Of a stretch of DNA of 64,000 nucleotides, positions 54,633 through 64,000 are shown one piece after another. Origin of the DNA: Octopus vulgaris (lineage: Eukaryota); contig OX597835.1 of assembly GCA_951406725.2 (NCBI GenBank), positions 21,080,001 through 21,144,000 of the forward strand. The letters run 5' to 3'. Numbering within the stretch: position 1 is the stretch's first letter; each line of letters begins with the position of its first letter. The notes under the pieces are model-generated. The model did no database searches and was not told the origin of the DNA. It worked only from the letters and a program-made list of their open reading frames with translations. A program made the translations under genes and the position numbers.

Positions 54633-55940
54633 AGTTTGATTTGATTTTGATTTTTCCAGTTTCAGCTAATGAGCTGTGGCCATGCTGGGGCACCGCCATT
54701 TGGTTTGCTACACGGTTTTACCTCACGGATGCTTTTTAGCAAACGCCATCTGATGCATGAGAGAGTTCGATGCAGCTGCCCGCATCTGCACCTCCTGCCG
54801 TGAAGTTGGTTCATCCGGGACACCTGACAGGAAGAGATCCAGTCCTACTTTAAAGACATCCGCATCTACACCATGCAGGTCCCTCAGGTTCTTCGGGAGG
54901 ATATTGAAGAGCCGTGGGCCTCTGAAGCCCAGGCTATCACAATATCTTGTCCTACATCTTGATGGCAAATTTGGAGTCCTTGGTACTACGCAGTGGCGTC
55001 CGGTTCTGGCATTTGTGTGACTCTCGATGCCAAAGTCTGGGACAAGACCTTCCAGGATCTTCCAGATATATATTATGGCATATCTTTCTCGTCTACGCTC
55101 CAGGGAATAGAGCTTTAATCTCTTGAGTCTCTCCCAGTAGCTCATATGCTGCACAGAGGCTATCTTCTTCGTGTAGCTTCGTTGGATCGCCTCAAGTTCT
55201 GTGATCAACTTGACACTGGATGGTGACCATAGCTGAGAGCAATAGTCAAAGTGGCTTAGGACAAGTGTCTTCCAGAGGACCATCATGGTTTCTTGTTCTC
55301 TTGTTCTAAAGGTTCTAAGAATCCAGCCAGCCAGCCGTCTACATTTCATTGTCAGTTTAGCAACATGTACATGAAAGGTCGCGTCATCACTCATGTGAAT
55401 ACCCAGGTCACGCACAGATTGTGCCTCTGGGATTGCAATCCCACCGGGTCCAGTGTATTCATTGGGTATTGCATTCAGTTTTGCATGCTGATAGTATAAA
55501 GCTTGAAACTTTTCAGCATTGAACTGCATGCTATTCTTTTCAGCCCACTTGTATATTTCGTCCAGCTCACATTGCAGGTGCTTAGTGTCCTCAGGGTTCT
55601 GTATTGCCTGTGAAACTTTTGTATCATCTGCATAACTTGTGATCGTGGCTCTCTGCGTGGCTGAGGGCATGTCTGAGAGGGCCATTATGAACAGTAGTGG
55701 TCCCAAAACAGTGCCCTGCGGAACACCGCTCACTATTTGCGTGCTAATGGAAGTGGCCCCATTGGCTGCTACCACCTGACTTCTATTCTTCAGAAAGTCA
55801 TGAAGCCATTCTCCTAGTTTTCCAACTATGCCAAGATCACGCAGCTTGTGACATATCATTCCATGATCGACTTTATCGAAGGCCTTTGCGAAGTCGAGAT
55901 ATATGACTTCCACATTTGAGTGGTTGAGCAGTTGTTTCAG
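54633..55940 (-). mobile_element. Young 5'-truncated CR1-group LINE with an intact 3' UTR and (atcaaa)n-like tail
   Basis: Open RT frame up to the truncation point; 3' stem-loop shared with SINE-B. Confidence 0.92.
54723..55913 (-). CDS. LINE ORF2 reverse-transcriptase domain (partial; no true start codon)
   Basis: YLDFAKAFDKVDH, SGVPQGTVLGPLLF, YADDTK, RDLGI, DYCSQLWSP, LYSLERRR; 396 codons without a stop. Confidence 0.92.
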   Translation of the reverse strand: MEVIYLDFAKAFDKVDHGMICHKLRDLGIVGKLGEWLHDFLKNRSQVVAANGATSISTQIVSGVPQGTVLGPLLFIMALSDMPSATQRATITSYADDTKVSQAIQNPEDTKHLQCELDEIYKWAEKNSMQFNAEKFQALYYQHAKLNAIPNEYTGPGGIAIPEAQSVRDLGIHMSDDATFHVHVAKLTMKCRRLAGWILRTFRTREQETMMVLWKTLVLSHFDYCSQLWSPSSVKLITELEAIQRSYTKKIASVQHMSYWERLKRLKLYSLERRRERYAIIYIWKILEGLVPDFGIESHTNARTGRHCVVPRTPNLPSRCRTRYCDSLGFRGPRLFNILPKNLRDLHGVDADVFKVGLDLFLSGVPDEPTSRQEVQMRAAASNSLMHQMAFAKKHP

Positions 55941-55997
55941 TTACGTCAATCCTTTTTTTAAAATATATAATTATTATTATTATTATTATTATTACTT

Positions 55998-56068
<71 letters not shown>

Positions 56069-56423
56069 CTTTTTAGTATCATTTACGATAGAGTAAGTCC
56101 ATCCTTAAATGCAACATTAGTATAGTTGCCTTGTCACGTAATGAGTTGGTCCTTTCTCAAGACATTCTTCATTTCGTTTTTGAAAAACTGAAAATTCTCA
56201 GGAGTGAAAGAAAGAACACAAAAAAAGGCTACAAATGATAAAACAAAAAAGAAAACCAGAAAAGCAAAACACAAAGATAGATTGAAAGAGTGTAAGGGGA
56301 GGATAACCGATGTAGACCATCTACGTGTGGTGCGTGTTTGTCTGTAGGAATTGTATTCCCGGGTATGCATGTTTAGGTAGGTTTGTGCGTAGACGTTTGT
56401 AAGTATGCGCCTGTATATATGTA

Positions 56424-56501
<78 letters not shown>

Positions 56502-56566
56502 ACATACATATATATATATACACACATATATATGTATATATATGTATACGTATATATATACATATA

Positions 56567-56606
<40 letters not shown>

Positions 56607-56621
56607 TATATTATATTATAT

Positions 56622-56660
<39 letters not shown>

Positions 56661-56773
56661 CATATATACACATATATATATATGTACGTATATATATACA
56701 TATATATATGTGTATATATATATATATATATATTATATTATATTATATTATATTATTTTATATTATATTATAT

Positions 56774-56829
<56 letters not shown>

Positions 56830-56853
56830 GTATGGCTGCAGTCAAATGATTGA

Positions 56854-56896
<43 letters not shown>

Positions 56897-57299
56897 GTGT
56901 TTGTAAATATGCAATTATCTGTATACGTATCCGTACACACACATACATACATATATACATATATACATATATAGATATATATATACATATATACATATCT
57001 GTTGAGAGAAAGAAGTAGAGAGAGAAAGAAGAAGGCACAGAAAGGGAGAGAGAGAGAGAGAAACGAGTTAAGTGGGAGCCTGGAAACGTGATATGAACAG
57101 TGAGTGCATTTTGACACCGTGATTCTGGAAACGAGATTAATTTCAGTGCTGAAGCGGCTTCACCTTTCACCGCGCCATTTGCATCATTCGCGTGTTCTCT
57201 AACGAGATGCATGCTTTTAGTTACAGAACATAGGGACAACGATTGCAGAAACGAAGACTGGGTACAGAGCAATGCATGCTATACGTGGTGACATATTGC

Positions 57300-57377
<78 letters not shown>

Positions 57378-57476
57378 ACCTACCTACATAGTTAGTTGAA
57401 TTTCTATGTTTCTCTCTTGTCTAAACACACTTACACAAATACACACGCATACAATCAGACAGACATATACTCACAC

Positions 57477-57550
<74 letters not shown>

Positions 57551-57815
57551 ATTTTAACACACGCACATACATAATGTATATGTAAGCATTTATGTATGTA
57601 TATATATATATATACACACACAAATATATAGTATATATATACAAACATATAACACATGTATATATACATATATTTAATATATATATATATAACATCTCTC
57701 TCTCTCTCTAAATATATATATATATATATATACATAAATATATAGTATATATATACAAACATATAACACATGTATATATACATATATTTAATATATATAT
57801 ATATATATACATCTA

Positions 57816-57876
<61 letters not shown>

Positions 57877-58169
57877 GCTTTAATGCATCAATTTTTTATC
57901 TATATGTCTATACAAATATCTATCTGTCTAACTAAACTATCTATATACCAATCCCTATATTTGATATGTAGCTTAAAATGTGCATGACGTCACCTAGACT
58001 CTGTATTCCACATATGTTACACTGACAAGTGCATGCATGCATATAGATGCATGTTCAAAGTGCCGAATATGCACAGGACAACGAGCAAATCAGATCTGAG
58101 CATTCCTTTCGCGTCACCAGTTATCACAAACACATTCATACATGGTCTCTCTGTGTCTCTCTTTATAAT

Positions 58170-58442
58170 TATGCCTCCATTCATCATCCGACCCGGCCTC
58201 ACACTCAACACGGAGGCGTTTATCAAGTGCCTGGAGGAGGTAGTGCTACCCAGGGTTAAGAGGGCAGCTGCTGGAAGACCCTATGACGGGCAACAGGATT
58301 CTGCACCATACCACACCACAAGCAGGAGAACCCAGTGATGGCTGTCAGACAATTTCTGAAACCACATCACCGCTAACATCTAGGGCCCTTGACTTCTCAG
58401 ATTGAACCTCACTTGATTATTATGTGTGGGGCGCAGTTGAGA
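58170..58442 (+). pseudogene. maT/DD37D-like transposase fragment; inverted local copy of the 59-61 kb element
   Basis: MPPFII..GLTLNTEAFIKCLEEVVLP...QQDSAPYH...LDYYVWG. Confidence 0.85.
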
Positions 58443-58580
58443 CGGGCGAAATGCGTCGCCGTATTTCGTCTGTCGTTACGTTCTGAGTTCAAATTCCGCG
58501 GAGGTCGACTTTGCCTTCATCCTTTCTGGGTCTATTAAATAAGTACCAGTTACGCACTGGGACCGATGTAATCGACTTAA
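58443..58580 (+). mobile_element. SINE-C, truncated
   Basis: Body match. Confidence 0.85.
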
Positions 58581-58624
58581 TGTATGTATGTATGTATGTA
58601 TGTATGTATGTATGTATGTATGTA

Positions 58625-58655
<31 letters not shown>

Positions 58656-58928
58656 ATATGTATGTATATATGTATATATGTATGTATGTATGTATGTGTA
58701 TATTCATCTATGTACGTAATATGTATAACTTTCAAGTGATGAGAACCAACAGTGTTTTTGCTTTGTAAATGTAAATATACTTCAAACGAATAAGCTGATA
58801 CTGTAGCCTTTAGCGGCAAGTATCTCTCTTTTCACCCAATTGCCTATTATATACGCAAACGCGTGAACACATGCACAAACACACACACATACGCATACAT
58901 GCACACACAGGTATATATACAGGGCTCT

Positions 58929-59160
58929 AAGGCGGCGAGCTGGCAGAAACGTTAGCACGCCGGGCGAAATTTTTCGCGGTATTTCGTCTGCCGTTACGTT
59001 CTGAGTTCAAATTCCGCCGAGGTCGATTTTGCTTTTCATCATTTCGGGGTCGATTAAATAAGTACCAGTTATGCACTGGGATCGATATAATCGACTTAAT
59101 CCGTTTGTCTGTCCTTGTTTGTCTCCTCTGTGTTTAGACCCTTGTGGGTAGTAAAGAAAT
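58929..59160 (+). mobile_element. SINE-C monomer
   Basis: 16-bp TSD aggtatatatacaggg at 58909-58924 and 59161-59176. Confidence 0.93.
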
Positions 59161-59723
59161 AGGTATATATACAGGGTGCGGTGACTACACAGTGATCTAA
59201 ATTAAGCAAAAATGAAAATAGCACTGACATTTTAACAGATATACTTACAAAAATTACATAAAAATATATTGAAATACTAAAGAGCAAATTTATTCAATGA
59301 AATCGCCATTGGCTTCAACTAGGGCTTCCAGATGACTTCGTAATCTCCAGCAACTCTTCTTGACGAGTCCCTTTGTTTAAGCTGATGAATGCTACTATAA
59401 TCCTTGCCTTCAGTTCATCTTTGGTGTTACAAGGAGTTTGTTGGTCTCTTGCTCAACTGCGCTCCACACATAATAATCAAGTGAGGTGCAATCTGGGAAG
59501 TCAGGGAGCCAGATGTTAGCGGTGATGTGGTTTCATTATGCATTAAAGCATATATATATAGTTATCGCCATACTAATATGGCATTCTTATAAAAATAAGA
59601 ATAAAGCTGTCCGCTTATTAGCTCCAGGAGGCCATCGCCTTAAGTTAGCTATTTGATACACAAACTGTATCCATATAACCTTCGAACAAGGGAGGTCAGT
59701 CGCTCCACACTACTTGACCGGCA

Positions 59724-59765
59724 GCTACAGACGCGTTTCGGGGTATTGCCCCTTTTCAATGCAGC
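59724..59765 (-). ncRNA. Minimal hammerhead ribozyme (U3-A8 covariant)
   Basis: gctgca-TTGAAAA-gggg caata cccc-GAAAC-gc-GTC-tgtagc. Confidence 0.78.
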
Positions 59766-59967
59766 GTAGCCAGCCAGTAGGTGTCGCTTCCGACAATCTC
59801 TGTTCGATGGTTTTATTTACCTAGCTTCGGTGGAATACATCCACTTGTTTTCAATAATAGAAATATTAAAATTACTAAGTCTCTCTAAAAGAGAACAGCG
59901 GCAGCGTTCCCGGAAAATAAAACCATCGAACAGAGATTGTCGGAAGCGACACCTACTGGCTGGCTAC

Positions 59968-60008
59968 GCTGCATTGAAAAGGGCAATACCCCGAAACGCG
60001 TCTGTTGC
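59968..60008 (+). ncRNA. Minimal hammerhead ribozyme, copy 2
   Basis: gctgca-TTGAAAA-ggg caata cccc-GAAAC-gc-GTC-tgttgc. Confidence 0.7.
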
Positions 60009-60328
60009 TGCCGGTCAAGTAGTGTGGAGCGACTGACCTCCCTTGTTCGAAGGTTATATGGATACAGTTTGTGTATCAAATAGCTAACTTAAGGCGATGG
60101 CCTCATGGAGCTAATAAGCGGACAGCTTTATTCTTATTTTTATAAGAATGCCATATTAGTATGGCGATAACTATTATTTTCCGGGAACGCTGCCGCTGTT
60201 CTCTTTTAGAGAGACTTAGTAATTTTAATATTTCTATTATTGAAAACAAGTGGATGTATTCCACCGAAACTAGGTAAATAAAACCATCGAACAGAGATTG
60301 TCGGAAGCGACACCTACTGGCTGGCTAC

Positions 60329-60370
60329 GCTGCATTGAAAAGAGGCAATACCCCGAAACGCGTCTGTAGC
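60329..60370 (+). ncRNA. Minimal hammerhead ribozyme, copy 3
   Basis: gctgca-TTGAAAA-gagg caata cccc-GAAAC-gc-GTC-tgtagc. Confidence 0.7.
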
Positions 60371-60598
60371 TGCCGGTCAAGTAGTGTGGAGCGACTGACC
60401 TCCCTTGTTCGAAGGTTATATTGGATACAGTTTGTGTATCAAATAGCTAACTTAAGGCGATGGCCTCATGGAGCTAATAAGCGGACAGCTTTATTCTTAT
60501 TTTTATAAGAATGCCATATTAGTATGGCGATAACTATTATTTTCCGGGAACGCTGCCGCTGTTCTCTTTTAGAGAGACTTAGTAATTTTAATATTTCT

Positions 60599-60663
<65 letters not shown>

Positions 60664-61332
60664 AAGAGAGAGTGATAGATGTTATATATATATACTGGGT
60701 TCTCCTGCTTGTGGTGTGGTATGGTGCAGAATCCTGTTGCCAGACAGGGTCTGTCAGCAGCTGCCCTCTTAACCCTGGGTAGCACTACCTCCTCCAGGCA
60801 CTTGATAAACGCCTCCGTGTTGAGTGTGAGGCCGCGTCGGATGATGATTAGCGGCATAACCTTGCAATCACTACTGATCTCTCCAAACACCATGATGTTG
60901 ACAGGACGTTTGATTTTTATCACTCTCGCTACATGTCCTCAGATTGTACTCATCTCAGATTGCTACCCAAATATTCTGAAATGTTCGTATTGGAACTTTC
61001 GGTGTGAATGCCAAGCAGTACAGCATTTCAATTACAAAATTCTGGCAGAGTGAAGTGCGTCGTGGTGCTGTTTTTTTTCACTGACGGTGCCCAATAGTCC
61101 CCTACTATGCTGTGTTGTCGGCAAAATCTAAAACAAACAACGCGCATGCGCGAAATACAAATTTTGAAATTGCGATAATTTACCCATCACACGTAAATAG
61201 CTGAGTATCTACATGCATACATATATACATATGTTGTATACATGTGTAGGTGTATATATACATACATACACACACATACATTCACACATACATACATACA
61301 TGCATACATACATACATATATACATACATACA

Positions 61333-61366
<34 letters not shown>

Positions 61367-61531
61367 CATACGTACGTACGTACGTACATACATACATACA
61401 TACATACATACGTACATACGTACATACGTACGTACATATATACATAATACATACATACATACATACGGACGTACGTACGTACATACATACATACATACAT
61501 ACATACATACATACATACATACATACATACA

Positions 61532-61564
<33 letters not shown>

Positions 61565-61711
61565 TTTAATACATGAACACACACATATGGAGAGAGACAG
61601 AGACAGAAAGAGAAAGACCAAGAGATATAGAGTGAGAGGGAGGGAGGGGAGAAGGAAAAAGAGAGACTGAAGTAGTTTAAACCATTCTCTTGGTTTATTT
61701 AATCTGAATCG

Positions 61712-61774
<63 letters not shown>

Positions 61775-62106
61775 AATACGTATACATATTGTGTGTAGGC
61801 ACTAATATTTATATGTACTTGTTTGCATTATGCACACACATACATACACACACAGTACAGACGTATTTAACGAAATGTTTATGTTATATACACTGTATAA
61901 ACTAGCATAAAATACGTATAGCATAAGAACATATGCATTTATAAACCACATTGCACGGGCAAATGGATACATATATATCGATTGTATGTGTGTGTCTGTT
62001 TCTCTGTGTGCACGCGCGTATGTGTGTATGCATGTATATATACATGTATGTATATATATATATGTATATATATATATAAGTGTATATATATATATACACA
62101 TATATA

Positions 62107-62139
<33 letters not shown>

Positions 62140-62214
62140 ATGTATATATTGTTTGTATGTAAATATGTATGTGTCTATCTATATATATAGATATTTATAT
62201 ACACACATATATAT

Positions 62215-62293
<79 letters not shown>

Positions 62294-62298
62294 CACAG

Positions 62299-62329
<31 letters not shown>

Positions 62330-62334
62330 CATAT

Positions 62335-62404
<70 letters not shown>

Positions 62405-62420
62405 TTATATATATACACAG

Positions 62421-62453
<33 letters not shown>

Positions 62454-62467
62454 TATATATATATACA

Positions 62468-62498
<31 letters not shown>

Positions 62499-62504
62499 CA
62501 TATG

Positions 62505-62575
<71 letters not shown>

Positions 62576-63259
62576 TAATGTAGCGTATAATCATGCACTA
62601 AAGTATTGGCACATTACTTGTGTAACGCAGGTAGGAAATGTTCACTTCTCAATGAAGTATGCTTCATGTGATTTAAGATATAAGAAGAAGAAAAGAAAGA
62701 AAAAAAAACTACAATCATTTGTTAATAATTTTTATTTTTGTCTTTATTTTTATTTGTTCAGTCGACAATAATCAGATTAATGCATATAACACAATATGTG
62801 ATGCACTTAACACAGCATAGACTGCACTTATAATTTGCGGTTCTCTGAAGATTCACATTAGATTAGTGGGTAAATATCATTAGAATAGATATTTTCAGAG
62901 CATTCGTTGATATCCCTGTTGTTTTGCCCGTTACTGAGCAACATACAAAAATCCAGGTTCGAATTTTGGTTCGGCTTATCTTGTCGTAAATTCAGCTTAA
63001 TCTTTAAGGACATCACAACTGCCACTTGAATGCTGACAAGCTGATCGCTAGCTAAACCATCTAATCCATAACTGCGATGCCCTTAAAACCAAGTCTTATT
63101 TTTGTTCTCTTTCTGCATGCTTTTTCGTCCGTGAGCTTCGTTCCGGTATCATAATGACATGTCTGGGACACAGAAAACGAGTGTGTCTGTTTCAGGCCTC
63201 CTTGTAATTATCCTTTTGCATCCAGGTGCCATTATATTAAACATTTGCGAAGAGTAACC

Positions 63260-64000
63260 ATGCCACGCATAAAAGTTTCAGCAGAACTGTCAGATTTTCA
63301 AAGAGGTTGTATTGTTGGGCAATCTGAGGCTGGTCTTATCCAGTGAAAAATTGTCGAAAATCTTCAAATTCCTCTTGCTACTGTTTATAGAATTATAGTG
63401 CAATTCAAAAGCCAAGGAAAAGAATCAACAGATTCTCGTCCCGGCCGACCTGGGCCCTCGGAAAGGAAGCTCTGCTGTTTGAAGAGAATTGTGGAAGACG
63501 AACCCCGTTCGAATGCTTCTGATATTGCAAAACAGCTAGAAGTTAATCCAAGATTGTGTGTTACATATCTGCATAAGCTTGGGTATTATGGATGAGCAGC
63601 TAGAAGAAAACCTCTCCTTCAACCAATTAATATCATGAAAAGAAAAAAATGGGCCAAGGAGATGTCAGGAAAGTCCAGTTCATTTTGGGATAGAGTGATG
63701 TTCTCAGATGAATCCAGATTTGCATTATTTCCAGACAGTGCACGTGTTTGGGTCTGTGGGCTTCCCAATCAAAAATTTGATTTGAAACGACTCCAACCAA
63801 CAGTGAAACATGGCGGTATCTCTATAATGGTATGGGGAGCTGTCACCAGCAATGGTCGTTCTGAGCTGATCGAATGTGTTGGAATCATAAACTTCTTAAA
63901 AATACATCGAAATACTTAAGCAAAGACTACTTCCGATGTATTCACACGATAACATAACGAAAAATTAGTTTTTATTCATGGAAATGGGGCTCCATGCCAC
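63260..64000 (+). pseudogene. Tc1-like transposase pseudogene running off the window end
   Basis: [55 protein letters not shown]; two in-frame stops and a frameshift. Confidence 0.92.

Larger units (their letters stand above)
59559..60600. mobile_element. Retrozyme-like 361-bp HHR repeat: one inverted monomer plus ~1.9 direct tandem monomers
   Basis: Minus monomer 59559-59920; plus array 59915-60600 with period 361-363; near-identical copies; no credible ORF; flanked by TA. Confidence 0.85.
59172..61194 (-). mobile_element. Internally deleted maT/DD37D-like Tc1/mariner element, interrupted at 59535-60694
   Basis: IMVFGEISSD..VMP...LEEVVLP (60.7-60.93 kb) continues as NIW....DC..LDYYVW...LEALVEANGDFIE* (59.29-59.53 kb); TA-cagggtg terminus. 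Confidence 0.8.

Overview
AT-rich eukaryotic genomic DNA, most likely from a coleoid cephalopod (Octopus-like). That assignment is an inference from the SINE families and the extreme (TA)n/(CA)n/(TACA)n/(TAGA)n load. I find no convincing host exon; nearly all ORFs in the track are translated microsatellites or SINEs. The window is a mosaic of mobile elements. (i) Four tRNA-headed SINE families, which I label A-D. (ii) LINE relics: RTE, an R4/Dong-like element, and one young CR1-group RT fragment with an open 396-codon frame. (iii) DNA transposon relics: Tc1, mariner, maT-like, hAT and piggyBac MITEs, and Helitrons. (iv) Many Penelope-like element (PLE) fragments. The most striking signal is about 16 minimal type I hammerhead-ribozyme (HHR) motifs with palindromic stem III. 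Three of them lie in a 361-bp retrozyme-like array at 59.56-60.60 kb, made of one inverted, circularly permuted monomer plus about 1.9 direct monomers. Also notable: a SINE/LINE pair sharing a covarying 3' stem-loop, SINE-C multimers with one recurrent junction inside single TSDs, and repeated short copies of nearby DNA inserted at TA tracts. All coordinates and alignments were made by eye (expect a few bp of error) and no database search was run.
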